NCBI RefSeq assembly: GCF_006345805.1
Contig: NC_043015.1
Coordinates: 32,922,001 to 32,986,000 of the forward strand
Direction: 5' to 3'
DNA length: 64,000 bases
Origin: Octopus sinensis
Lineage: Eukaryota
The notes beneath the pieces are model-generated. The model did no database searches, was not told the DNA's origin, and saw only the letters and a list, made by a program, of their open reading frames with translations. Position 1 is the stretch's first letter, and each line of letters begins with the position of its first letter. Position numbers and translations under genes: made by a program. Shown one piece after another: positions 26,131 to 39,532 of this stretch.

Positions 26131-26494
26131 GCCCGCTGCCTTAATCTCCGTTTATATATTGACTCCATACACTTTCACTGTGGTCCACTTTATGTTTTAC
26201 TCCTTCAGAGATTGATGAATTATGTAAGAATAAAGTATCTCCATCCCAACATTTGAAATCGAGTTAATAATCGATATAATTAACTATGACCCCCATCGCT
26301 AATTTCTGACTAATTTCTGGCTTTATATCACTGCTAGAAATTTCTAGCTTTATGTCACTGCTAGGAATTTAATATTCTTACTCTGATGCACAGTAACCTA
26401 AAATTGAAAAAAAGAAAAAAAAAAACAGTATAATATCGAATTAATAAACATAGAAGGAAACCTGTCTTCAATAAAAGAAGACATATTGTTCTTT

Positions 26495-26660
26495 ACAAAT
26501 TTGGCACAAGGCCAGCAATTTGTAAGTCGATTAAATTGAACATGGTGCTCCACTGATACTTATATTATAGACCCCGAAAAGATGAAAGGCAAAGTCGACC
26601 TTTGCGGAATTTGAACTCAGAACGTAAAGACAGACGAAATGCCACTAGGTATGTTGTACG
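26495..26660 (-). mobile_element. SINE family B (tail type 2)
   Basis: aaatttggcacaaggccagc...ggcaaagtcgacctttgcggaatttgaactcagaacg. Confidence 0.8.
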
Positions 26661-27975
26661 CCTTAAAAGAAGACAATATTAACTGATAACGAAGAAACCC
26701 GATAAATGACAAGAAAATCACAGAGGCCTACAGAAATCATTGATCATTGATCATCGACGCTATAAACGAGGATACCCGCCCGATTTAGTATTCGAAAGTA
26801 ATCAAATGTGTACGCGAGTTAGACTTTCACTCAAATACTCAACCAGATTATTGCTCCTTATGTATTCGTATTGATCTCCTTATCACTCCAGGAATGTTTC
26901 TTTCCGACACCGATTTCAACATGAAGAGGTTAATTAGAAATAGTTAAAGAAGGCTTAGAGGAATCCCCCCCCCCCTATATAATGAACCAAAGTAAAAAAC
27001 TGATATACTTTCCCGTTGGTTTGCTGAAAAGAAAAGAAACGTAACCCTGGGTACCAACTGGACCCAGAAAAGGAACTTTTGTTTACATTCAAATGTGAAC
27101 TAATGCTCAAGATCGCTCGGTGTGTATAGATATGTATGCATGTATAAATAAAAGTATACATAGAAGCGTGTATATACATATATATATACATGTATGTATA
27201 GATAAGTATATATGTATATGTATATATAGAAGATAGTATATGCATACATATAAAGTATGCACACAATTGCATATATATGTATAATTATATATGTATACAT
27301 ATATATATATATATATGTGTGTGTGCGTGTGTGTGTATAGGTATACATACAAATGTATGTGTATATATATATAGATGTGCGCATGAGAAAGTACGTGTAG
27401 GCGTTTATCCATATATACATACAAACACATACTCTTAAAGAATCATTGAGTCAAAAGCACAACATAGACACATACGCAAACACACATATATATACATATA
27501 TATACTTAAATTACATGCAATATGCTCATGTGTATGTGTGTGAGTGTGTGTGCGCGCACACGCGCGTGTGTGTATGTGTACACACGCATGTGTGTGTGTG
27601 TACACGCATACAAGCAAGATAAGGAAATCTTTCTTGGCAAAAAAAAATGTCCTAATAATAAGGAAAGAAATTAGTTGAATCGCCAAAGTTCACACTTTAG
27701 CACGAAACTAAACAGAGTTTCCTGTGACTTTTTTTTTTTTTACCAAGTAAAATAAGGAAAATAACGAGAGAAAGATGGAGAAACTAAGGAATGGTTTCGA
27801 AATACGGATTCGAAGGAAAGGCAGGAAGCAATTGAAAAGAGATGTTTTATAATAGCAAATGTAAAATAGAGACGAAGAAATCCGAAACACAAATTGACAC
27901 ACGTCTACATGTGTACATTGGACACACAGTAACATGTATATATACATACATATATACATACATCATGCATACATG

Positions 27976-28033
<58 letters not shown>

Positions 28034-28437
28034 GTATTGTATGTATGTATGTATATATATGTATTATATAGTATGTATTATATGTATGTATGTATGTATA
28101 TATATATAATATATATATATATATTATATATATATATATATAATATATATATTATATATATATACATATATACATATACATATGCACACAGGCACGCACA
28201 CATGTACGACACACATATATACTGAGACACTTAGACGTATATAAGCAGACATAAGTGTGAACACAGCTGCAGATACACATATACGTAAGACGACCTACAA
28301 CCAGCACGAGCAACAATAACACCAAATATGGCCTCCATCTTAACCATGACTACAACAAACATTAAAAACAGCACCAACAGCAACTAACGCCATCATCATC
28401 GCCGCCATCATCATCACCATCATCATCATCATTCATC

Positions 28438-28469
<32 letters not shown>

Positions 28470-28749
28470 CATCATTATCATCATCATCATCGTCGTTGTC
28501 GTCGTCGTCGTCGTCATCTTCACGACCGTCACTTCGAACAAATGATTACCACTCGAAGGAACAACGTGTAACATCAAAATTGAACAACTGTACGTGCATG
28601 TTCCTCTGTGTGTGTATGTATATATACAAGTGTATATATGGGTTTATGTATGTGTGTGTGTGTGTATGTGTGTGTATGCATATTGAGTGTGACACAGAAG
28701 TGGGAGATAAGTAGATAAGTAAAAGGAAAGAAAGAAAAAGAAAATAGAC

Positions 28750-28803
<54 letters not shown>

Positions 28804-28806
28804 GAC

Positions 28807-28874
<68 letters not shown>

Positions 28875-29147
28875 GTACTTACATGCGTAAGCAGATAGCA
28901 AGTGAGAGACACAAACAGATAGGTTGACAACGAATAAATATCTATTTTATTGTTGGCTAATATTTCACTCCTAGTACGAATATTTTTGCTTATATATTGT
29001 CATGTTGTTCCACTACTTCAATCGTTTGAATATTTGGAAATATGTTAGCCCGAGTTACGAGGCATGAAGCTACAGCTTCTAATAACAACAAAAACAACAA
29101 CAACAACAACAACAACAACAATAATAATAATAATAATAATAATAATA

Positions 29148-29215
<68 letters not shown>

Positions 29216-29393
29216 CAAATTTTAATAACAATAATGAATATATATATATATATTATTACATATTGAGTACTCTTCATAAGCCTAAACGTTGACCGATAAA
29301 TATGTGTGTAATAGTTCATGATTGTGAGTGTGTGCGTATGTGGCCACGTATGCCTGTTCGGGATGTCTGTGTATTCACGCACATGCACACACA

Positions 29394-29483
<90 letters not shown>

Positions 29484-30184
29484 GTACATTAACTATGTAT
29501 ATCTACATATATAAATGCATAATTAATATGAATTTCTAAATGTAATATGAATATATATTTCTGTGAAGACACTTATTTTAATATTATGGATATAAGTACA
29601 ATTATATATATATATATACATACATACAAACACACACACACAGAAAGTGCGAGAAAGGCATATATATGTATATATCAATATAAAGACACGCATGCACACT
29701 CATACTCACATGTACGAGTTTGCGTATATTAATGTATGAGTGTCAATGTTTATGCATACATATATACACGTATCTGTGAAGACATTCACATACACATTCA
29801 TATGAACACATATTTACGATACATATATACACTCATATATGTATGATGTATACATACGCACACACACTCACATACCGAGAAAGGGAGAGAGAGAGAGAGA
29901 GAGAGAGAGACGAAGATAAAGAAGAGATGCGAATTAAAAATGCAACCACAAAAATAACAACAATGACAACAAATCGAACATTAAAATTCAATAAAATGGT
30001 GGAAATGCGAAAAAGACTAAAGTACAGAGAGGAAGGGTGAAAGAAAGGAAGGAAGAATTGGGAAATATGACAACGGAAGAAAAAACATCATCATCATCAT
30101 CATCATCACCATCATCGATGACGACAACAACAGCAACAACTAAAATAATAATAACAATAATAATAAATAATAATAATAATAATG

Positions 30185-30245
<61 letters not shown>

Positions 30246-30718
30246 CAATAATAATAATAATAATCGTAGCAACAATAATTTTAAATTGAAGTGAAATATT
30301 TCAAAAGGATTATTTCCTTATCGATAACAGTTCTTGAAAGAGAAACGTAGAATGGAAAAAGATGCTAGAAGACAATTTGAATTGACTGGAAGGTCGTGGG
30401 GCTGGAGAAATGTGTTTAGCTGTTAGTTCTGGGTTCCAGTCACGACACAGTAAAAACAAGGTGCCATCCAATATACGAAAGGAAAGCCGGAAATAGCGTT
30501 TGACTATGTGAAAAGACAGACGATCGTCAAAGCGACAGCTGTCGTGACCAATGAACAATGTGTTCGATGACGTCATCGTGACGGCGCCTCGCGGCGTCGT
30601 GATGTGGCAATCTCGATGAGACTGCTTTGGGGAGAAAATTTTAGAGAACGGACTGTCATACTTGAGTGAAAATTCCAATCGCTTACTGTTAACTCTTTAC
30701 TATCACCATTACATAATG

Positions 30719-30776
<58 letters not shown>

Positions 30777-30787
30777 TGATGATGATA

Positions 30788-30825
<38 letters not shown>

Positions 30826-30834
30826 GATGATGAT

Positions 30835-31050
30835 GATTTCAAATTTTGGCACAAGGCTAGCAAGTTCGGGGCAGGAATTAAGTTGATTACATCGACTTCA
30901 GCACATAACTGGTATTTATTTTATCGACCCCGAAAGGGAAAAAAGCAAAGTCGACCGCGGCGACATTTGGACTCAAGTCCTAGAACGAGAAGATGGACGA
31001 TATGCCGCTAAGCATTTTGCCCGGCTTGCTAACGATTCCGCCAGCTCACC
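30835..31050 (-). mobile_element. SINE family B (tail type 2)
   Basis: ttcaaattttggcacaagg...aaagtcgaccgcggcg...aacgattccgccagctcacc. Confidence 0.8.
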
Positions 31051-31122
31051 ATCTCAAGAACAACAATAATAATGATGATGATGAGGAGGAGGAGGAGGAA
31101 GAGGAGGAGGATAATAATAATG

Positions 31123-31218
<96 letters not shown>

Positions 31219-31261
31219 TTAATAATAATAATAATAATGATGATGATGACGATGATGATGA

Positions 31262-31470
31262 TCTTTCTACTATAGGCATAAGGCCTGAAATTTGGGGGAG
31301 GGGGATAGTTGATTACATTGACCCCAGTACTCAACTGGTACTTAATTTATCGACCCCAAAAGTATATAAGATAATGTCCACCCCGTCAGAATTTGAATTC
31401 TGAACGTAGCGACGGGCGAAATACTGCTAAGCATTTCGTCGAGCGTACTTACAATTCTGCCAGTTCGCCG
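31262..31470 (-). mobile_element. SINE family B (tail type 3)
   Basis: atctttctactataggcataaggcctgaaattt...gaatttgaattctgaacgtagc...gccagttcgcc. Confidence 0.8.
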
Positions 31471-31560
31471 CTTTACTAATAATAATAATAATAATGCATT
31501 ATCAAGCAGTAGCTCTCAGGGCTTCTGATCTTAAATGATTGGAAGTGTTATCATGTACAT

Positions 31561-31647
31561 GTTTAAAGAGTGCAGGCTACTAACCCCAAGATTCCGATTT
31601 CGATTCCAGGCAATGACCTGAATAATAATAATAATAATAATATAATA

Positions 31648-31707
<60 letters not shown>

Positions 31708-31717
31708 CAACAACAAC

Positions 31718-31768
<51 letters not shown>

Positions 31769-31955
31769 AATAACATCAACAACAACAACAACATCGAAAA
31801 ATACCTTAGGAATTAGAACTCAGGTTCGAAATTTCCCCAAGACACCTGATGAAGGCTGGCGGGTATACCAGCCGAAACGTTGTGTTAGCAACAGACAAGA
31901 TGAGGACAAATATCCGTCAAATGTAAATAATGTAAATAATGTCAATAATGTACAT
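31561..31955 (+). mobile_element. tRNA-headed SINE with internal (AAT)n/(AAC)n and a hammerhead in the 3' tail; 8-bp TSD ATGTACAT
   Basis: Head agagtgcaggctactaaccccaagattccgatttcgattcc (anticodon-like loop and B-box-like motif); tail ends in (AAATAATGT)n-like repeats; ATGTACAT at 31553-31560 and 31948-31955. Confidence 0.7.
31841..31886 (+). ncRNA. Minimal type I hammerhead ribozyme, intact core
   Basis: GACAC-CTGATGA-A-GGCTGG-cgggtata-CCAGCC-GAAA-C-GTT|GTGTT; perfect 6-bp stem II, 5-bp stem I with one G-U pair, palindromic AACGTT. Confidence 0.75.
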
Positions 31956-32324
31956 ATTTTGTCTTGGTATAAAAGATGGGCTACAGCAGGTAGACCACTT
32001 CATTCTCTTTTTCACCACGGCCCTGACGATCGTGAAGCAGAGGTGTCTTGGCTCCATCACAAGATAAGGCATAAGTTAGGAGCAGCGCTTTCCTGCGGCA
32101 ACGAGAAGTTAGAGGTCAAAGAAGAATGCGAAACTAATAAGAGAAGAAAAGAAAGATGCAAACGAGAGATAGAAAGTCGCTGACGAAGAAGCGACCGCGG
32201 AATACTCAAAATTTTACGGTGATCCAGCAACGAAACTCCAGTTTTCAAACTAAAAGAGGCAAGTTTTCAAACTAAAAGAGTAAAAATGCAATAGAACGAA
32301 TTTCATTATATTACTGGTATCAAT

Positions 32325-32530
32325 AACGTGGCGAGCTGGCCATATTGTTAACGTACCGGGCAAAATGCTTGGCGGCATTTTGTGCCTTTACGTTCCGAAT
32401 TCAAATTCCGCCGAGGCTGACTTTGCTTTTCATCGTTTCAGGGTCGACAAAATAACTAACTATTGAGAACAGGATTCGATGTAGTTGACTTACCCGCTCC
32501 CTTGAATTTTGTGCCAAAATTTGAACCAGT
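32325..32530 (+). mobile_element. SINE family B (tail type 2)
   Basis: gtggcgagctggccatattgttaacg...ttcaaattccgccgaggctgactttgc...ttttgtgccaaaatttgaacc. Confidence 0.8.
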
Positions 32531-32871
32531 ATCTTACTGGTATTTACATTTACTTTCTAGTTATATATTTAATGAACTTTGACCCCATAGGGAAAGGAGC
32601 TCAGAACAATAAAAATCCAATTAAAATATTCCCGCCATTTACTTCATCATATCTCACACCGTGGGATAAATATGATGTCTGAAGGACGACTAATTTCGTT
32701 TCCATTCACTGATGTATATTTTCTTAATTGCATTTAGATTTTCTTATCAATTACATATTCACTCCGTTTCCAACCTCAAACACATACATACATACAACAT
32801 ACATACATACATACATACATACATACATACATACATACATACATACATACATACATACATGCATACGTACA

Positions 32872-32903
<32 letters not shown>

Positions 32904-33243
32904 GACACACACATAAATACTTAAGCACATATACACATTGAGAGACATGATCTCATATTTTGTATTCATTATCAAAATTAGGTTTTTAATTTCTATTTGT
33001 TAACAAAACAAGAAGTCGAAGATATTTGAATGAGAAACTTAGTTTCAGCTGGAAATTGCCTCGCAGCCATTCACTCAACTTCATCGTTTTTAACTCAACT
33101 TGTGGCTGCTGTTTGTGGTTCCATTTTGTTTTTGATCGTTGATTTTTTTTTTGTTTGTTGTTGGATAGCTTTTTCTTCCTTATAATTTGAGAGATTTTGT
33201 TTTAGCTTTTCATGTAAAACGAAAGTGAAAGTAAGAAACAACC

Positions 33244-33312
<69 letters not shown>

Positions 33313-33514
33313 AAATAGTAATGATGATAAATAGTAATAGTAATAATGATGATGACAACGTCGACGATAATGATGATGATGATGATGATGATGCAATGCT
33401 TCTTGGATAGTAAGAAGGTGTAGTTGCTTTTGTTAAAGAAATTCTCAGGTAGAATCTGTGACACGGCATCTGTGACAAGGCTGAACTTTCGAATTACCAG
33501 AACAGTTCACCTAA

Positions 33515-33680
33515 CAGACTTTTATTCAGTTTCCTTCATTTCAAATTCACTGACAAGGTTTTAATCTGCGGCTATAGTTGTAAACACTTGCCCAAGATGC
33601 TACGCAGTGGGATCGAACCTCGAACCCAGGACTTCATGACTGCGAAGCAAACTTCTTCACCACCCAGTCATACCTGCAAT
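33515..33680 (-). mobile_element. SINE family A 5' half
   Basis: acacttgcccaagatgctacgcagtgggatcgaacc...caaacttcttcaccacccagtcatacc. Confidence 0.7.
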
Positions 33681-36527
33681 TAAATACCAGTAATATACTA
33701 AGATTGATCCACTCCAAAATACTTCTGTTCCTCCTCTTTTCCTTCTTCCTCTACAGTAGTTCGTAATTAGAAGAACACTTACTCGTCTCTAACTACAGTC
33801 ATTGCTAAACATCTGAAATAACAACAGTTAATTCGCTTCCATAAACGCTGCTAACTAACTTTATCTATTAATTGTTGCTAACTCACTTTCTCTTTGGTTG
33901 CGTTGCATGCTAAATCGTTATTACGTGGATGGAGAAATGACTGTGAAAGTCTATAGCGTCAGAGATCAGTAACTTTCAGTGGAATATAGCACTCTACATC
34001 TTAAAGCTCAATTACTGGAATATCCTTGTTTAGCACGAGTCTTTCTGATGATGCTAATGTATAAGAGAAGGTTAGAACCCAGTTAACAAATCCATTTCCT
34101 TATCCACCGTTTAGTTGTTCGTCCATGATTAATTATAATTCGAAATGTAAAAATAAACGGGAAGTTCTTTCTCCTCTGCCGTCAACGCCGACACTAGCGC
34201 CACCACTGGCAATTTCTATTTTAATGTTGTAAAAGAGAAATAAATACATAATACTAGAAAGGAAACGGGAATTTTATTGGCTAAGAAACAGCATAAGAAT
34301 TATTTTCGTCGTCAATTTCGTCCTGTCGATTCTGTATTGGATATTTCCCAATTCCATTCCGGGTGAAATATTGCAAATCTTTAACTTCGAAACATATAGG
34401 AAAATACAGCTATAAAAATAACTAAATGAGAAAAATCTCCATGTCGGAAATAACAGGAAGGAAAATAGAAAAGCTCTCCAAACATGGGAATATTAGAGTG
34501 AAATCTGTCAAAGGACTTTACTCGCTTTAACAGGAAGCGAGCATTCATTTAGCAATAGCACTTCGTAATAATAACGTTTGCGTGCGAGGTGGACGTCACA
34601 CACACATACACATACACACACACCACTCATACACACGCTCATACACATACAGACACATAGACATGAACACGCTTAGACGCAAACACACAAACACGAACAC
34701 GCTTTCACACATACACACGTATAACATTCGCAATGTAATAAGGCGAGAATTAGAACTAAAAGTATTATTCGGTGTTTTATAGCTGTGTTTTCCGTCAACA
34801 CCTATTAATATTGAACTCTACAGTTTTAAAGATCATTACAAAGCGCTAACTATTATTATTCTCCCTAAAACTTTCTTCAGCTTTTTAGCAATTTAATGTT
34901 GTTGTCCACCGAAAGACTTCAGCCATTAATATATGCATATTGTTTCTTTTGTTTTACTTCTTTTCTGCAGAATCGTGTAAGTGCGTCTGTGGTTTTATGG
35001 CAAGGGAAGAAAGCCGTGACAGAACGATAGAATTCTCTCTCTCTCCCACTCTCTCTCTCTCCCTCTCTCCTCGCTCTCTCGCTCAGTGTCTGCGAGTTTC
35101 TCATCTGTAAGCCGAAATATAGTATTGTTTCTATTTTATTTTACCATTCAATTAAATGGTGTCTGTTTATTGAGTTATTTCAATAAGTGTGTCGTAATTG
35201 TTCTGTCAACGGGAAATTTTAACTACTCAAAATTGGTTCAAATTAAGCTTTTAGCCGGAAGTTGTGCCGCAGAAAACAATTATGGCGTATGTGTGATTGA
35301 CGCATCGCTCCTGACATGGTTTGCCCACCTTCATTATATTTATGTTACTGTTGAGCGCTAGTGTGTAATTTTCTTGTCAAAAATATGAATGTCGACTTTA
35401 CAAAAAGGAAGTTGACATTTCCGCCCTATTCCACAGTGACCAGGTGCCTGTTACTAATCTTATTCTCTCTCCTTTTACACACTGCTTCTTGCAGATGGCG
35501 TAAGAGAAAAGAGAAAAGTCGCTTCTTTTCATAGAAGGAGGCTAATAAGGCTTTGAGTAGATTTGATCCTATCTCACCTTGAACAAGCTGTTGTAAATAG
35601 AGAAAAGGGAAAGTAAATGAACATTGCTTCTTAATTAACTAATTTTCTTTTCTCATTCTAATATTCGTTTTATACTCGGACCGCGAATCATGTTAAGATA
35701 TACATTCGACTCGAAGAGAATGTAAAATGAAAGCATATCACAATGAAAGTCTGCTGGTGAAGTGTGGCTGTATTGAAAAACATATTAATACAATTAAGAT
35801 TTCAAAGCAACGGAGAATGTGGAGTTGACGGCATTGATAAGGTTGGCGAAGAGAGTGGGTTAGTCTCGATGAAGAAATCAGTGAAAAAGCATTTAAAAGA
35901 AGCAGATGAGAAAAGAAATAATTGAGTAGCCATCGGATCGTTACCAATATGACAATCCCAGACGATTAAATCTTCCATTAGTCTAGAAGAATATAGCTTT
36001 TTCGCACGAATGACACTTGTCAGGCGAATATTCCAGGAAAGTAGATTTCGCTTGGTTTTTTTTTTCTTTTTCTTTTCTTTTTTTTTTTGTTATTTTCTGT
36101 TCGGCTTTCTTTATATTTGTGTGTTTATATATTTATTTAAATCTTTTTACTTTCAGGGATTTTCTCAATTATAGAGTAATTGTTAGTTTCGCTTCGGATA
36201 TTTTTCTTGTTTTTATCGAGGCAATTTTATCAGAACCGAGACATCAACACCAATAGCAACCTCAAAAACAACAACAACAACAATAAGAACAGCAGCAACA
36301 ACAGCAACAGCAATAACAACAATAACAACATTTTCTCGCTATTAAATGAAATTATTTCCAATCTTTCTTCAATGGATCATTGTTAGAAATCTTTCAGAAT
36401 TGCTTTACATTTTTATTGTGGTAAATTAACATAAACACAATGTCTGAAGATGTTTTATTATACACACATGCATATGTGCATACATATGTGTGTGTGTGTG
36501 TGTGTGTGTATGCGTGTGTGTGTGTAT

Positions 36528-36559
<32 letters not shown>

Positions 36560-36738
36560 TTTCTGAACAAAGCTTGTAGATACAAAATAAGTACTCAATA
36601 CTTCCAGAAGTAGATAATGTTACATTGTTTGGTGAGTGACGTAACATGCAAATGCGATTCCTTTTGTGGATATTTATTAATTTTTCTCACCACTTTCCTC
36701 ACAATCTTTCTCTCTGTCTCACTGTCTCTCTGACTCTG

Positions 36739-36792
<54 letters not shown>

Positions 36793-36979
36793 ACTGCCTG
36801 TCTGTCTCCCTCTCTCTATTTCTCTCTCACTCTTTCTCTCTTTCTTTTTCTCTCTCCCTCTCGAAATATATATATACGTATGCCTGCATGCCTGCATATA
36901 TGTATAAATTAATTTCTATAGCTTGTGTATATTTTTACATTGATATTTGTGTGCATATGTATGTATATATATATACTCA

Positions 36980-37755
36980 TATCATTCCCAAAGGTTTCCG
37001 CCTCCATTTCCACTCCACTTTCCACTCTGCTTCTCTCATCCTACCCGTACTCCATACTACTTCCTACCGCCTGATGCGTGCCACCATTCGTTCTAATCTC
37101 TCCAAAATACACCCTCTCCCTCTCACCTATTCCACCTTTTCTCCTCTTTTTCACCTTTGCACGTTCCACACTACGCTTCATAATCCATCTAAATCCTCTT
37201 TTCCGCGAGTACCTCACTCGCACCAAACAAAATAAACTCCACTCACTCCTTCATATTGTCCCACCCGATTTCACTTCACCCACCCCTCCTCCATCCCGTC
37301 CCAAATATTCTCAAGATTCACTGGTCCCACTCCCGAACTATACAGTCGTTATATTCATGACTGTATCCGTGCGACGTCACTATCCCGCGAACAACTAGAA
37401 TCCTTCCTCTCGTTTCTCCAATCCTTCCATCCTGCCCTCGAATTCCCCTACACTATTTCCAATGCTTACATCGCATTTCTCGACATTTCGGTCAACATAC
37501 ACCACTCCGCTCTCACTACCTCCATCCACTAAAAACACATCGACTCATACTCATACCTCAACTTCTCCTCCTCTCATCCTACCCACACCAATCTCTCCAT
37601 CCCCTACTCCCAATTCCTCCGTCTGCGCAGGCTCTTCAGTGACAACCATGCCTTTCAGACTCAGTCTCAACTCATGGCTCGCCACTTCATAGTTCGCGGG
37701 TATCCCCTCACCACAATTCACACAGCCCTTGCCAGAGCACGTTCTGTGGACCGTG

Positions 37756-37792
<37 letters not shown>

Positions 37793-38395
37793 CACCCGCT
37801 CGCCGTTGCCCGTCTCCCGTTTACCCTCACCTACCACCCCTCCACCCTGCCCCTCCAACGCACCATTCTCCGAACCTTCCTGCGACTCCAGTCCGACCTC
37901 TCCACCTCGCACATTTTCCTCAACCTACTCCTTTCCTCTTTTAAAAGAGCCCACAACCTGCGTGATCTCCTGGTCTACAGTTTCTTCCCTAACCCCACCT
38001 CCCAACCTGGCTCGTTTTTCTGCTCCCGTCCTCTCTGACGTACTTGTCCCTCCCTCTTCAAAACCACCATCCTCACGGGCAACCGTCATCGTCCCTATCA
38101 TATCACCGTCTCCTTTACCTGCACTTATTGCAACGTCATTTACTGCATCTCCTGCTCTTTCTACCCTTCTCTGTACATTGGTCAAACGGGACACCGCTTG
38201 GCTGACCGGTTCGCGGAGCACCTCCGAGACATTAGACTCAGCAATGACACCCCGGTCTCGCGCCATTTCTGCTCTACCGGTCATTCACTACAACACCCTT
38301 GTATCCGGACTCACGCCTTTGTCGTGAACAGGAATTAATTTTCCTTCTTCGCTCCTTTGCGCCACATGGGATCAAGTCCCCTCCTCTTTTCATCT
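36980..38395 (+). pseudogene. Penelope-like element, internally deleted: N-terminus, RT C-terminal half and GIY-YIG endonuclease
   Basis: IIPKGFRL; PELYSRYIHDC (YIDD-type); FHPALEF..FLDISV; YLNFSSSHP..SIPYSQFLRLRR..RGYP; NVIYCISCS..LYIGQTGHRLADRFAEHLRDIR..PVSRHF; ELIFLLRSFAPHGI; stops, frameshifts and a (CT)n insertion. Confidence 0.92.
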
Positions 38396-38509
38396 GACTC
38401 CCTCTGGATGAGGAGGAGGGGAAAAGAAGGAAGAAGAAAAGAAAGAAGAGGAGGAAAAGAAGGAGGGTGGGGAAAGAAGGAAGAGGAGGAAAAGAAGGAA
38501 GAGAGAAAA

Positions 38510-38632
38510 AGAAGAAGAGTAAGAAGAAGAGTAAGAAGAAGAAGAGTAAGAAAAAGAAGAAGAAGAAGAAGAAGAAGAAGAGAAGAAGAAGAAGAAGAAG
38601 AAGAAGAAGAAGAAGAAGAAGAAGAAGAAGAA
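38510..38632. repeat. (GAA)n microsatellite
   Basis: Direct reading. Confidence 0.95.
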
Positions 38633-39425
38633 GATCCGCTTCCGGACATTAATAACTCCATAGGCACAAAGAATGTTATCCAAGATTGACCTTGTCCAGG
38701 ATTTTTCATACTAGTGGCTAGTATGATATTGTATAATACCGGAGATGTACTTGCATAGCAAGTGACTTGATCTGAGATCGTGCACTGAAACAAAAATAAT
38801 TGCAGCGTGTAAGATGTTTATAAGCCATTTAAGAACATACAATAAACCGTTAAATTCACTGAAACTTCGTGCTGTATAATGCCATTCTCCATACACCTTG
38901 TATCTTATTATATCTCATTAGTTTCTCGCCCTCTCCTGTTCTCCCTACAGATGTCATTTACCTTCGGGTAAAAATAATGTTTCTATTTCGAAGTTTTGAT
39001 GATGTATTCTCAATGCATTCATCTTTTTCTGGTTTTCTTTGTCAAGTCTTGCTAATTCCGAAGATTTAAGAATTATTGAGCTGAGTGAAACTGTTATCAA
39101 ATAAACTAAACAGGCTGATTGTACATGTTTGTGCGTATCATATTCTTCAACAATTTATTTGTAAACTCACCAAAGGAAAATAAACACCTAGCTAGATTGA
39201 TAGGTAGTCAAATAGATAGACAGAGAGACAGATATACAGATAGACAAAAGGTAGATAGATAGATAGATAGATAGGTATGTTTCTTTATTAGCCACACAGG
39301 GCTGCACACAGACGGAACAGATTACAAAGTAGAGCTTTTCTTTTTGGGGAGAGAAAAAAAAGTGGGGTAGGTTTTCGATCAAAAGGGATCGTAAAAGGGA
39401 AAGAAGAAAAAAAGGAAAAGAAAAA

Positions 39426-39532
<107 letters not shown>

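Larger units (their letters stand above)
31495..31990 (+). mobile_element. Fragment of the TAA-associated element (31495-31560 and 31956-31990), interrupted by a SINE insertion
   Basis: gcttctgatcttaaatgattggaagtgttatcatgtacat | ttttgtcttggtataaaagatgggctacagca is contiguous in the 59250-59335 copy. Confidence 0.8.

Noticed and set aside
30310-30678. 122-aa minus-strand ORF
   Set aside because: No domain recognised; starts at TTG; chance ORF over a GC-richer patch.
31561-31620. Functional tRNA gene
   Set aside because: 5'-truncated, no acceptor stem closure, continues into SINE sequence; treated as a SINE head, as are the family A and B heads.
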